Shown here one piece after another: positions 18,793 to 28,918 of a stretch of 64,000 nucleotides of DNA (within the stretch, counting starts at the first letter, position 1; each line of letters starts with the position of its first letter). The stretch spans positions 212,413-276,412 of the forward strand of contig CAZQFB010000001.1 of the NCBI GenBank assembly GCA_964592525.1. Reading direction: 5' to 3'. The translations under genes were made by a program, and so were the position numbers. The notes beneath the pieces are model-generated. The model saw only the letters and a list, made by a program, of their open reading frames with translations, was not told the origin of the DNA and did no database searches. This DNA comes from an uncultured Candidatus Saccharibacteria bacterium. Its GTDB lineage: Bacteria > Patescibacteriota > WWE3 > CAZQFB01.

Positions 18793-20350
18793 TAAACCGG
18801 TCTTGCTAGTATTACTGTTAGTTGTCCTGGTACGTTTACTCCTGCTCAATGTTAATTTGGCTGAAATCGGCGATTCTTATAATCTCCTTACGGCTGGAGA
18901 GGCTCTAAAATCCTTGCAGTACCCTCTGGAGGAGAAGAGGTTACCTCTGCTGCCACTGCTTCTTTCTCTGAATCGTGTTATTGAACCGCTTTTGTTTGGT
19001 CGTTTATTGATGTTAGTGCTTAGCACTTTAAGCATAATTATCACTTTGAAGCTTTATTATCACTTATCTGCTGGTAAAAATTACGGGTGGTTTCTAGTGC
19101 TTCTATTGGCTACCCAACCACTTTGGTCTTACTGGTCTTTACGGATTATGACTGACGTGTTGTTTGCATTGCTGTTTATGCTTTTTGTCTATCTGACCAT
19201 GAGTAAAACACCTAGTCCGCGCCTAGCCATTTATCTTGGAGTAGTTACTGGGCTAGCAGCGCAAACTAGGTTTGAAGGGTTTTTGTTACTAGCTGCTTAT
19301 CTACTATTTCTGTTTATAAAAAATAAGTATCGGTATTTGGTTTACTTTTTAACGCCAGCCTTGCTGATTGTTTTGCCTTTTTTTATTCGTAACTGGCTGC
19401 ACTTTGGTAGTCTGTTTTATTCGTCTTATGCCCAAGAAGCTTCACAGTATCTTCCCGATTTAAGGTTAATAGCGATTTTTATTACTTATTTAGTTTTTTT
19501 AATGGGTCCTTTAACCACTTGGTTTGTCCGCTTGGGGGTCTCTCAAGTGGCGCGTTTGAAAGTGACCCAAATTTTGCCAACAGTGATTTATCTGTTTTTA
19601 TTTATGCCCTTAATTGGTGTTTGGACAGCAGCGGTACCGAGACTTTTCTACTCTCTAGTACCTCTTTTTGCCTTGTTAGTGGTACTCGGTTTTGAGCAAG
19701 CTTCTGGTAGAGGAAAAGAGGAGCTAAAACCAAGCGCCGTCTTATTTGGATTGTTCTTGGTGTTAGCTTGGTTTTTAAGAGTGGATTTTATCACCGGCAG
19801 TTTTTCTGCCATGGTCTTGGTAAGCTTTTTAAGTTTGTTGGGTTTAATTTCCCTTGGGCTGACTGCTAATTACCGACCTTGGTTAATGACGGTGATGCTT
19901 CTTTCTAATTTAATAGTTGCCACCTCGGTTATTTCCCAAGCTAAAGACAGAGCGAGTACGACATGGCAAGCAGTGCAATACGCTTCTAAATTGCCTGGTT
20001 TGATTGGTTATGCTGACGAAACTGGTGTGAGTTCATGGTATTTGCGCAAGACTGGTCGCTACTGGCGTGATGACCCTGGGTTTACAGAAGCGCTTAATTG
20101 GCTGCGGGATAATCAAATTAAATATGTGCTGCTTACTAACGAACACTACGAGGAAGGGGCGCAATTTTTGGTTGTTTATGACAGGCATGATGCCCATATG
20201 TTTAAATTGCTAACCAGATTTGAGCGGGTTGGTGATCAAGATCTCTTCAATCAATTGTTTGCAAAATTGGGTTGGAAAGACGCCAAACAATTAATACCAA
20301 AATATGCTGAAGTCTATGAAGTTATTTCGTACCGATCACCAAGCGATTAA
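18779..20350 (+). CDS. GT-C (ArnT/PMT-like) glycosyltransferase
   Basis: GDSY, KRLPL, MTDVLF and TRFEG motifs; multi-TM. Confidence 0.8.
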   Translation: MKFNNKPVLLVLLLVVLVRLLLLNVNLAEIGDSYNLLTAGEALKSLQYPLEEKRLPLLPLLLSLNRVIEPLLFGRLLMLVLSTLSIIITLKLYYHLSAGKNYGWFLVLLLATQPLWSYWSLRIMTDVLFALLFMLFVYLTMSKTPSPRLAIYLGVVTGLAAQTRFEGFLLLAAYLLFLFIKNKYRYLVYFLTPALLIVLPFFIRNWLHFGSLFYSSYAQEASQYLPDLRLIAIFITYLVFLMGPLTTWFVRLGVSQVARLKVTQILPTVIYLFLFMPLIGVWTAAVPRLFYSLVPLFALLVVLGFEQASGRGKEELKPSAVLFGLFLVLAWFLRVDFITGSFSAMVLVSFLSLLGLISLGLTANYRPWLMTVMLLSNLIVATSVISQAKDRASTTWQAVQYASKLPGLIGYADETGVSSWYLRKTGRYWRDDPGFTEALNWLRDNQIKYVLLTNEHYEEGAQFLVVYDRHDAHMFKLLTRFERVGDQDLFNQLFAKLGWKDAKQLIPKYAEVYEVISYRSPSD

Positions 20351-21731
20351 ACTTTTTTGGTTGGTCTTTTTTGTTTATACCCTTAGTTGGTTGTGTTTTT
20401 ATTTTAGCGGTATCAATCGGACGTTGCTTCCCAGTGAAGATGCTTTACCAGCCACTTATCTGCCAGTATCTTTGGTTAGCGAAGGTAATTTGGATTTGAA
20501 CGAATACTATGATTATTTAGTTAGTCACTATCCCAACCCAGACGATAAAGACGCCTTGCCCTTTTATGTGCGGTATATTAATGACAGGTATGTTTCCGGG
20601 TTTCCCGTGGTTAATGTACTAATGGTGGCCCCGATATATGCCTTTTTTATATGGGGTGCTTCACTCTTTTCAGGGCTCATGCCTTCTCTAGCCGACCTAA
20701 CCTCAAGTGTTGTTTTTATTCTCGCTTTAGGAAAAATAGCTTCGGCGATTATAGCGGCTTTTTCGGTGTTGGTTGTTTATTTGATAGGTAAGGAAATGTC
20801 AACTAGCAAGGTTGCGCTTGTGGTGAGTTTGATTTATGGATTAGCCACTTCTACTTTTAGTGTTTCTAGTCAGGGGATGTGGCAACATGGTTCAGTTGAG
20901 TTGTTTTTAAGTTTAGCTCTTCTTTTTCTGGTTAGAGGTGGCTCAAAAGCATACCTTTCTGCTCTCTTTTTATCTCTGGCTACTTTAACCAGACCGACTA
21001 TGGGTTTGGTGGCAATAATTTTTGCGGTGTATTTTATCTGGCAACACCAAGAGCAACTGCACAGATTTATCTTGCTCGCTCTGCTCCCTCTTGTGCCTTG
21101 GTTTATCTATAACCGCATTTATTTCGGTGCTTTTTTGTCTCATGCCTATAATACCGGGGTAGGCACTCAAGGTAACTGGACCGGTAGCTTTCCAGAAGGG
21201 TTCTTAGGTTTGTTGCTCTCGCCAAGCAAGGGCTTATTTATCTATTCACCCGTTCTGCTATTTGTATGGTGGGGGATAGGGTTGTTATTTAAACAAAGAA
21301 TTCAACCCAAACGCTTACTTAACTTCTATTATTTTGCCCTTTTTGCAGTGGTAGCTTATATCTTACTGATGGGAAGGTGGTATCACTGGTTTGGTGGTTG
21401 GTCTTTTAGTTACCGCATGATTGTGGATATTTTACCTTTAATAGTGCTGTTTTTAGTTCCGGTGATGGCGCACCAGCTCCTCTTTTGGTGGCGGTTTCTC
21501 TTTAGCCTATTATTTATTTATTCTTTTGGTATTCAGCTTCTTGGAGTCGCTTTTTTTGATGGCGAGTGGCATGCGCGCTATGATGATGGGCCTTATGATA
21601 CGAGGTGGTTATGGTCAATTGAGAATTCAGAGCTGTTGTACTACTCCAGAAAAATTAAATGCAAGCTAGGGACTAGTAGTGTGTCGGAATATCTTGAGTG
21701 TCAGGGTTTTAGAAAAGAGAGTGCAAACTAA
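20304..21731 (+). CDS. GT-C membrane glycosyltransferase
   Basis: SED, MWQHG, TRP, SPSKGLF.YSP and GGWSF..R motifs; start may be ATG 20316. Confidence 0.8.
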   Translation: MLKSMKLFRTDHQAIKLFWLVFFVYTLSWLCFYFSGINRTLLPSEDALPATYLPVSLVSEGNLDLNEYYDYLVSHYPNPDDKDALPFYVRYINDRYVSGFPVVNVLMVAPIYAFFIWGASLFSGLMPSLADLTSSVVFILALGKIASAIIAAFSVLVVYLIGKEMSTSKVALVVSLIYGLATSTFSVSSQGMWQHGSVELFLSLALLFLVRGGSKAYLSALFLSLATLTRPTMGLVAIIFAVYFIWQHQEQLHRFILLALLPLVPWFIYNRIYFGAFLSHAYNTGVGTQGNWTGSFPEGFLGLLLSPSKGLFIYSPVLLFVWWGIGLLFKQRIQPKRLLNFYYFALFAVVAYILLMGRWYHWFGGWSFSYRMIVDILPLIVLFLVPVMAHQLLFWWRFLFSLLFIYSFGIQLLGVAFFDGEWHARYDDGPYDTRWLWSIENSELLYYSRKIKCKLGTSSVSEYLECQGFRKESAN

Positions 21732-21755
21732 ATTGTCACTTGTTATTGTAGTTTT

Positions 21756-22460
21756 ATGTTTTTATCAGTAGTAATTCCTGTTTATAACGAAAGAAATACG
21801 ATTAGAGAGATTGTGGCTAAAGTGTATAACCTCAATATCAATAAAGAGATTATTTTGGTTGATGACGGCAGTACTGATGGTACTATCCAGGAACTTAAAA
21901 ATATTGAGCGTGAGTTTGACGAGGTGAGGGTGATCTTCCACAGCCGAAATCAGGGCAAAGGAGCGGCTTTGCGAACTGGTTTTGGCCAGGTGAAAGGTGA
22001 TTATGTTATTGTCCAAGATGCCGATTTGGAATATGATCCCGCAGATTTCCACAAACTTTTGGAAGTGGTAGAAAGTGGTGAGGCTGAAGTGGTTTATGGT
22101 TCCCGCTTTGTAGGCAAAACTAAGCGAGATATTTACCGCAAAGGCAACATGCATTGGCTGCATTTGATAGGTAATAAATTCCTGACCAAAGCGACCAACC
22201 TTTTATATGGAGTAAAGCTTACGGATATGGAAACATGTTACAAGTTAATACCCGCCAATTTGATTCGTCAGATTAAGATCAGGTCCGATCGGTTTAACTT
22301 TGAACCGGAAATTACCGCTAAAATTTTAAAAAGAGGCTACAAAATAAAAGAGGTGCCTATCCACTATTCTGGTAGGGAAATGAGTGAAGGTAAAAATATC
22401 TCTTGGCGAGATGGTCCTGCGGCGCTTTGGGCTCTGATCAAGTTTAGGTTTATGGAATAG
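21756..22460 (+). CDS. GT2 dolichol/polyprenol-phosphate glycosyltransferase (DPM1-like)
   Basis: VIPVYNE, QDADLEYDP, TDMETCYK and FNFEPEITAK motifs. Confidence 0.9.
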   Translation: MFLSVVIPVYNERNTIREIVAKVYNLNINKEIILVDDGSTDGTIQELKNIEREFDEVRVIFHSRNQGKGAALRTGFGQVKGDYVIVQDADLEYDPADFHKLLEVVESGEAEVVYGSRFVGKTKRDIYRKGNMHWLHLIGNKFLTKATNLLYGVKLTDMETCYKLIPANLIRQIKIRSDRFNFEPEITAKILKRGYKIKEVPIHYSGREMSEGKNISWRDGPAALWALIKFRFME

Positions 22461-22462
22461 CT

Positions 22463-24028
22463 ATGTCCGTTAATTCGCGTATTGCTGTAGATTCTATAAA
22501 AACAGCTATAGCCACTTTTGGTATGCAGGCTGTGGCTTTTGCGGTTTCTATTCTGGTAGCTCAATTTTACGGAGCTACTAAGGTTATGGATGCCTACTTT
22601 TTTGCTTTAGCAGTTCCGGCTCTTTTTACGGCGGCCTTGTTTGGTGCTCTGAAAGCTGTTTTTATTCCGGTTTACACTGATTATGTTAGTAAACATCCCA
22701 AACAGAAGCAAGCGGTTTTGGGGGCAGCTTATAGTAGTGTAACACTGCTGTCGGTGACGGCCGCGCTGCTGCTTTATTATCTCGCTCCCTTGCTCATGCC
22801 CTTAGTGGCTTCTGGACTAGAAGGGGAAGAAGCCAAGTTGTTGGTGGTCACACTCGCTCGGGAATTAATGCCTTTGGTAGTGCTCTCCTCAATCATTGGC
22901 TTGATGAATTCTATTTACCAAGCCGAGCAGCGATTTGTCATGCCCATTCTGACTCCTTTTGCTCGTAGTTTGGTGTTATTTATTTTTGTTGTTTTTTTCC
23001 GAGATCAATTGGGCATACACGCTTTAACCTATGGTTCGGTTTTGGGTGAGCTGTTAAACCTGTTGCTCATGTTTGGGGCGCTGAAAGTTCGCGGTATTTA
23101 CTTTGGCTTTAGATCCATGTTTCACCCAGTTATTAAAAGAATGGCTAGGTTGTCCATAGCTCCATTGGTAGGTAACCTGGTTCTCGAGTTTAATCCTTTG
23201 GTGGATAAGATTATGATCGCTTCTACGGCGGTTGGTTCGGTAACTGCTTTAAACATAGCTTATAAATGGAACGATATCCCTCTCATGCTTCTAAGCTCGG
23301 GTGGATTTATGTCGGTTATTCTTTCTCATTGGTCCAAACTCAAAGCTGAAGAAGATATGGATAAAGTGGTCCAAAGTTTGCATCAGTCTCTAACCATGGT
23401 GGTCTTTATCTTAATGCCTTTTCTAACTGCCTTTTTTGTTTTACGTTCAGAGATTATCACCTTTTTTTACCTTAGAAAGGAATTTAGTGTGGAAGCGGCA
23501 GATAATGTGGCTTTATTATGGGGTGTTTTGCTTTGGGGTGTTCTGCCCGTTCTCACCGGTCGTATTTTGGTGCGGGTGTATCATGTGATGCAAGATACCT
23601 CCACTCCATTTTGGATAGGTATCTCCCGTACCATTCTCAATATAGTCTTAAATTTCATTTTCAAGGCTATGTTTGGGTTGGTGGGGATAGCTATTTCAAG
23701 TATTGTGACCCAATACATCCTCACCACTATTAATTTTTACCTATTAAAGAAAAAACTTTTTCAGCTTGAGTTGAGATTTTTAACTCTTTCCTGGCTTAAG
23801 ATATTTTTATGTGCTCTGCCCATGGCTTTGGTGATGAGGTTTAGCTATCATCCTTTGCTCAATCTTGCTCAAATTATCATTAATCAAGAACTGCTTTATC
23901 CTGTGCTGGCCATAGGTGCCACTTCTTTTCTTGGGTTACTGATCTATTTATTAGTCTCAAGAGTAATTAAACTGGCTGAATTTGAGCTGCTCTTTTCCAA
24001 TATGAGTAAATTGCTGCGCAAATCTTAA
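22463..24028 (+). CDS. murJ: MurJ/MviN-family lipid-linked precursor flippase
   Basis: Many TMs; YGA...MDAYF.A and FIPVY motifs, VDK..AS...GS. Confidence 0.7.
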   Translation: MSVNSRIAVDSIKTAIATFGMQAVAFAVSILVAQFYGATKVMDAYFFALAVPALFTAALFGALKAVFIPVYTDYVSKHPKQKQAVLGAAYSSVTLLSVTAALLLYYLAPLLMPLVASGLEGEEAKLLVVTLARELMPLVVLSSIIGLMNSIYQAEQRFVMPILTPFARSLVLFIFVVFFRDQLGIHALTYGSVLGELLNLLLMFGALKVRGIYFGFRSMFHPVIKRMARLSIAPLVGNLVLEFNPLVDKIMIASTAVGSVTALNIAYKWNDIPLMLLSSGGFMSVILSHWSKLKAEEDMDKVVQSLHQSLTMVVFILMPFLTAFFVLRSEIITFFYLRKEFSVEAADNVALLWGVLLWGVLPVLTGRILVRVYHVMQDTSTPFWIGISRTILNIVLNFIFKAMFGLVGIAISSIVTQYILTTINFYLLKKKLFQLELRFLTLSWLKIFLCALPMALVMRFSYHPLLNLAQIIINQELLYPVLAIGATSFLGLLIYLLVSRVIKLAEFELLFSNMSKLLRKS

Positions 24029-24041
24029 TCTGGAGACCCCG

Positions 24042-24072
24042 CTCGGGGCACTCCTGCTGGGAATGCCCCGAG
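24042..24072. terminator. Hairpin between convergent genes
   Basis: CTCGGGGCA...TGCCCCGAG. Confidence 0.55.
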
Positions 24073-24122
24073 GCGAGGTTTAAGGAGTTCCCTCCTTTTG
24101 CTGGAAAACCCAACCAACTAGA

Positions 24123-24452
24123 TTAAGATGAGTTATCATCCCACCACGTAAAAAAGCCGAAGTAACCTAATACTTCAACAGCTATTTGGATGGGGATGAA
24201 GATACCCGCCAAGCTACTTGGTAGTATTTCCATCGGAACCTCAACGATACTACCTTTCTCGTTACGCGCTTTGAGGTGCTCCTCCTGAACATTGCCCACG
24301 CAATAAGCGCAAACCTGGGTGATCTCTAGGGGGCTCCTTCCCACGGTCTTTTGCAGAGTTGCTACCAAATTGGAGAGGCGGACGAAGAAGCTAGGGCTGG
24401 GGAGTCCGGGATGCTTTGAGTACTCCCAGACACCAGGGTACTTCATTTTCAC
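24123..24452 (-). CDS. Hypothetical protein (109 aa, CxxC)
   Basis: Strong GAGGAGGT upstream of a GTG start and an upstream TGnTATAAT; no recognisable family. Confidence 0.55.
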   Translation of the reverse strand: MKMKYPGVWEYSKHPGLPSPSFFVRLSNLVATLQKTVGRSPLEITQVCAYCVGNVQEEHLKARNEKGSIVEVPMEILPSSLAGIFIPIQIAVEVLGYFGFFTWWDDNSS

Positions 24453-24534
24453 GTTGGTACCTCCTCACTTGCACGGTTGTACCGAATAGGTACGGGAATT
24501 ATAGCAGAATATTAAGGTTATTTTGTTCAAACTG

Positions 24535-26130
24535 CTACTTGGGTTTTTTTACCACCCAAGCATAGGTAAAATCATTAAGCTTACTTTCAAAGATAATATT
24601 GTCTTCCTTAAAGTATTTATCGATCATGATGTTTTCTTTTTCCCTTTGCAGTTGGTTAACATAAAAGACGAGATAGGTAACGTCTTCTTCTTCGTATCTA
24701 AAGGTTGGTCTAACCTCGCATAAACAACCAGGGGCTACCGTAGCTTCGTACCAAGAAGATACTCTAATGTTTTCGGGGTCTTCCAGGGAGTTAAGATACT
24801 TGGTGACCTCTTTCATACCTTCTCCCCAGCCAACCCTAATAAACCGAACCGCGCTTTGTTGACCCCCAAGCAGAGGGTTGTAGTAGCCCAGGTATTGATT
24901 CTCCAAACCATTGGTGGACAAAATGAAAATAGTGATCACCGCTAAACCCAAGAAAGGTATTAACCAATTCTTTATTCGTGGCCACTTTTCCTCAAATTTA
25001 GTAAATAGCCAATAAAAAGAAACAGAGGCCACTAAATCAAGGAAAACAAGTGTTTCCAGGCTGTAGCGGTCTTCTTTTTTACTAGGTATGGCCAGGATCA
25101 CGATCCAATAGATGGCAAAAAGTAGGAAAATTAAGATTAGTCTTTTGATGTTTGTGTCCTTGATCTTTTTGGTGAGAAGAAGGATCAAGGTTAAAGGTAA
25201 CCCTATAAAGGTGAGTACGCTTTGTCTAAAAAGAATAGCCAAAAGGTAAAAGAGGCGTGGTTCTCCATTATCGTATAACCGTCCAAAGAAAAACTCATTA
25301 CCTTCAAACGCTCCTTTTAAGCCTTCCTCAAAGATTGATTTTCTGAAGGCCTCAATGGTGCCGGAGAAGTTGGTAACCCAAGAGGGTAAGAGCAGAATAG
25401 AAACGAGTAGGAAGGTCACTGTTAGTAACACACTATCTTTGATTATGGTTTGTGGTATTTTTTTGCTCCTCATCATTTCCCCCACGCTGTCCCAGGAGAG
25501 GATTAGCCAAACCAGGGGTAAAATACTTAGCCCGTATATTTTGGTCATGCCGTTTAGGGCTAATAGGACTCCCGTAGTAATTAACCAAATTCTCGTTTTT
25601 TGCCTTTGATACAGCAGGGCAGATAAAACAGAGCCTATGATAAAAGAAGTCTGGATAGCGTCCATTTGCACTACTCGAGAATGCGCTAGAAAGTAAACAT
25701 TGCTTAGGACCAAGAACGTTGCAATAGAAGCGAATTTGCTGTTGGTTAATTTTTGTAAGCTGTAAAAGATAAAGGCGATGAGTAAAGAGGTGATTAGAAT
25801 AATCGGAAGCTGATAAGCAAAGTGGACTCTGTTGAAAGTATGGGAGAGATAGGGATAATCTTGGTAATCAAAAGTAGGATCAAATTGGCGATAAATCAGC
25901 CTTAAAGTTCTTAAGGAAATAACTGATTGCCATGTAATGGTAGCTCCAGGGTGACCGGCTACCATGGCATCTTCCCATCTACCCTCTTTGACGACATGAT
26001 AAAAATCATTAGTTCTCTCATGCCAATGGTATTCATCTGGGTTAATGGCTTCAGCATTAATCTGCCAAAGTCTAAGCCCCAGCGCCAGTAGAAATATTGC
26101 TACAGTAAATAGAAAGGTTCTACGGTTCAT
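24535..26130 (-). CDS. GT-C (ArnT/PMT-like) glycosyltransferase
   Basis: NPDE, GHPG, KKEDRY, YNPLLGG and GWGEG motifs. Confidence 0.85.
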   Translation of the reverse strand: MNRRTFLFTVAIFLLALGLRLWQINAEAINPDEYHWHERTNDFYHVVKEGRWEDAMVAGHPGATITWQSVISLRTLRLIYRQFDPTFDYQDYPYLSHTFNRVHFAYQLPIILITSLLIAFIFYSLQKLTNSKFASIATFLVLSNVYFLAHSRVVQMDAIQTSFIIGSVLSALLYQRQKTRIWLITTGVLLALNGMTKIYGLSILPLVWLILSWDSVGEMMRSKKIPQTIIKDSVLLTVTFLLVSILLLPSWVTNFSGTIEAFRKSIFEEGLKGAFEGNEFFFGRLYDNGEPRLFYLLAILFRQSVLTFIGLPLTLILLLTKKIKDTNIKRLILIFLLFAIYWIVILAIPSKKEDRYSLETLVFLDLVASVSFYWLFTKFEEKWPRIKNWLIPFLGLAVITIFILSTNGLENQYLGYYNPLLGGQQSAVRFIRVGWGEGMKEVTKYLNSLEDPENIRVSSWYEATVAPGCLCEVRPTFRYEEEDVTYLVFYVNQLQREKENIMIDKYFKEDNIIFESKLNDFTYAWVVKKPK

Positions 26131-26181
26131 TAGTTCAGTATAGACTACGAGGAAATGTGTATAAAGTCTAAAATCTCTATA

Positions 26182-26209
26182 AAGGAGACTCCTTGCAAGG
26201 AGTCTCCTT
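26182..26209. repeat. Perfect 28-bp palindrome (REP-like doublet)
   Basis: AAGGAGACTCCTTG/CAAGGAGTCTCCTT between divergent GT-C genes. Confidence 0.65.
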
Positions 26210-26241
26210 AATTTATTTACGAGGTGAGGTAGAATAAGGTT

Positions 26242-27903
26242 GTGGCAAAGTACCTAAAGAGAAGTAATTCTATATTGATCGTAATTCTGATCGTTTCTTT
26301 TTTGTTGCGGGTATGGGGAATTAATTTTGGCTTTCCTTTCTTTTTGCATCCGGATGAAACTAAGATTGTGGAAAAAGCTATTACCATGGCCTTCGGTTTT
26401 AAAGAGGCTATCTTTGCCGGCGACCTTAAATTTTTTGATCCTAATTTTTATTTTTACCCCAGCTTCTTAACCTATTTGCTTATGTTTAATATTTTAGGCC
26501 TTAAGGTTATATTTCTAATTCTTAAATTCTTGACTCTGGGGAAAGTTACTTTTGCTCTGGTTTCCAAACCTCTTTTTTACTTCCTAGCTCGTTTGATTTC
26601 GGTTCTTTTTGGTACAGCTACTATTTACTTAACCTATCTATTGGGGAAAAGAATCTCTGGTAACACGGTGGGACTTATCGCGGCCTTGATTTTGGGTACC
26701 AACTTTTTCCACGCCCTTAACTCCCATTACTATACTGGTGATGTGGGGGCTACCTTTTTCACAGTCCTGTCGTTTCTATTTATTTTTATGTATTTGGATC
26801 GGGTAAAAATTATGAGAGCAGGATGGCGGAATGAATACTGGGTTTATTTAGCAGCTCTATCTATTGGTTTTGGTGCCGCTACAAAGTACTACCCAGTACT
26901 AATGCTTGCTATTTTGGTCATTAGTGTTTTTCTGGTAGAACCAGATTTTGCTGCACGCGTAAGAAAGGTAATTACTTCGGTACTAATATCTTTGGCAACC
27001 TTTATGCTGATAGTGCCTTTTAGCGTGTTTAATTTCTCGGCTTTTATTGATGAGCTGAAGGAGTCTAGTGCGCGGTCGGCTACGGGAGTGTTTGGTTTCA
27101 CTAGCGATAATTTTTTCCATTACCTGACCTCCACCGAGCCAACGTTTATTGAACCAATAGCACAAAATTCACTATTGCATGGTTTGGGCTTGGTTTTCAT
27201 GTTGCTTTTCCTTGCTTCTTTAGGGCTATTGCCGGCTAAAAAGAATAAGAAGGTTCTGCTACTGATAATTTATGTGTTGGGACACTATCTTTTCTTTGCG
27301 CACAACCTCACCAAAATTTTAAGGTGGCTCTTGCCGCTTGCTCCTCTTGGGTCTGTTTTGGTTGCTATTCTCATTGTCGAGCTGGGTAATAAGCTGGTTA
27401 GAATAAAGCTGTGGTTAGTGGGTGGTGTTTTACTCGCCATTATCATTCCTAACCTCTACAGAACTATTCTTGTTGATGATGCTTTTACCAAAGAAGATAC
27501 GAGAGTTCAGCTTTACCATTGGGTGGAGAATCATATTCCCGAAAACAGTCGAATCGTGTTTGAGTATTTCAACATCGCCCAGTTTACCAGAAGAGATCTT
27601 TATTATTTTGAATTTGATCATCCCCGCTATAACATTAATGGAGAGATAGCAGCTAGCCGACCACCTGATTACCTGTGGCTTAAAAATGTTTACCAGCCAG
27701 AGTATATTGTTATCAATGGGAGTTTGAGAGATCGCTATAAACAAAAGAGTATGCAAAAATTATTTCCGGAAACCTGCTCAGCCTGGCTTGAAATCTATGA
27801 TAATATTCACAAAGATTATCAGGTAGCCGTTAGGTTTAGGCCATCGTTTCCCGACAGAATCATGTCGGGGCCAGAGATGATTGTTTATGTGCCTAGAAAG
27901 TAA
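26242..27903 (+). CDS. GT-C (PMT_2/ArnT-like) glycosyltransferase
   Basis: GFP..HPDE, ATKY and DTR....W...IP motifs. Confidence 0.85.
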   Translation: MAKYLKRSNSILIVILIVSFLLRVWGINFGFPFFLHPDETKIVEKAITMAFGFKEAIFAGDLKFFDPNFYFYPSFLTYLLMFNILGLKVIFLILKFLTLGKVTFALVSKPLFYFLARLISVLFGTATIYLTYLLGKRISGNTVGLIAALILGTNFFHALNSHYYTGDVGATFFTVLSFLFIFMYLDRVKIMRAGWRNEYWVYLAALSIGFGAATKYYPVLMLAILVISVFLVEPDFAARVRKVITSVLISLATFMLIVPFSVFNFSAFIDELKESSARSATGVFGFTSDNFFHYLTSTEPTFIEPIAQNSLLHGLGLVFMLLFLASLGLLPAKKNKKVLLLIIYVLGHYLFFAHNLTKILRWLLPLAPLGSVLVAILIVELGNKLVRIKLWLVGGVLLAIIIPNLYRTILVDDAFTKEDTRVQLYHWVENHIPENSRIVFEYFNIAQFTRRDLYYFEFDHPRYNINGEIAASRPPDYLWLKNVYQPEYIVINGSLRDRYKQKSMQKLFPETCSAWLEIYDNIHKDYQVAVRFRPSFPDRIMSGPEMIVYVPRK

Positions 27904-27926
27904 AAAGTGGAAAGCGAAAAATAAAT

Positions 27927-28913
27927 ATGATTGAGGATAGCCAACCAAGGGATAGTAGTAAGATTGATCTTTCTATTGTCATACCGCTTTACAACGAGGA
28001 GGAAAGTATTCCTTATCTCTATGAGGAAATTAAGGCGGTGATAGATAGTCAAAATTATAATGTTGAAGTGATAATTGTGGATGACGGGTCTTCGGATAAT
28101 TCTTTTGAAAAGCTAAGGAAAATTCATGACAAAGACAACAGGTTCAAAGTGATTTCTTTTAGAAGGAACTTTGGTCAAACTGCCGCCTTGCAAGCGGGTT
28201 TTGACAAAGCTAAAGGTGAGGTGATTGTTACCCTTGATGCTGATTTGGAGAATGATCCTAAAAACATACCAGATTTATTGGCTAAGTTAGATGAAGGTTA
28301 TGATATTGTTTCTGGCTTAAGAGCCGAACGATGGTCAGGTGGGTTGATGAGTTTAATCAAGAGGAAACTGCCTTCGGCTGCAGCAAACTATTTAATTTCT
28401 CGGACCTCACAAGTTCGTCTTCATGATACGGGTTGTACGCTGAAAGCTTATCGACGTGAGGTATTAAGTCAGATCAGGTTATATGGTGATTCTCACCGAT
28501 TTATCCCAGCAATGGCTAGTCAATATGGGGCTAGGGTTAGTGAGGTGGAAGTCAACTTCCGCCCCAGACGTTTTGGTACTTCCAAGTATGGGTTTTCTCG
28601 CACCATCAAAGTATTCTTAGACGTTATTCTGTTAAGGTTTATGTTAGAGTTTTCCACCCGACCGATGCAGTTTTTTGGGTTTTGGGGTTTACTCGCTGGT
28701 GGTTTGGGGTTTGTTTTTGGTTTGTATTTAACCCTTCTTAAGATCTTAGGTCATCAAAATATTGGTAGTCGACCACTTCTGCTCTTATCTGTACTCCTTC
28801 TTTTTCTGGGCGTTCAGTTGGTGATGATGGGACTTCTGGGTGAACTGCTCTCCCGCACCTACTTTGAATCACAAGGTAAAAAAACATACAGTATCAAAGA
28901 AGCCTTGCTTTAA
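27927..28913 (+). CDS. GT2 ArnC/GtrB-like undecaprenyl-phosphate glycosyltransferase
   Basis: RRNFGQTAAL, DADLENDP, HDTGCTLKAYR and HRFIP motifs; two C-terminal TMs. Confidence 0.9.
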   Translation: MIEDSQPRDSSKIDLSIVIPLYNEEESIPYLYEEIKAVIDSQNYNVEVIIVDDGSSDNSFEKLRKIHDKDNRFKVISFRRNFGQTAALQAGFDKAKGEVIVTLDADLENDPKNIPDLLAKLDEGYDIVSGLRAERWSGGLMSLIKRKLPSAAANYLISRTSQVRLHDTGCTLKAYRREVLSQIRLYGDSHRFIPAMASQYGARVSEVEVNFRPRRFGTSKYGFSRTIKVFLDVILLRFMLEFSTRPMQFFGFWGLLAGGLGFVFGLYLTLLKILGHQNIGSRPLLLLSVLLLFLGVQLVMMGLLGELLSRTYFESQGKKTYSIKEALL

Positions 28914-28918
28914 TTTGT

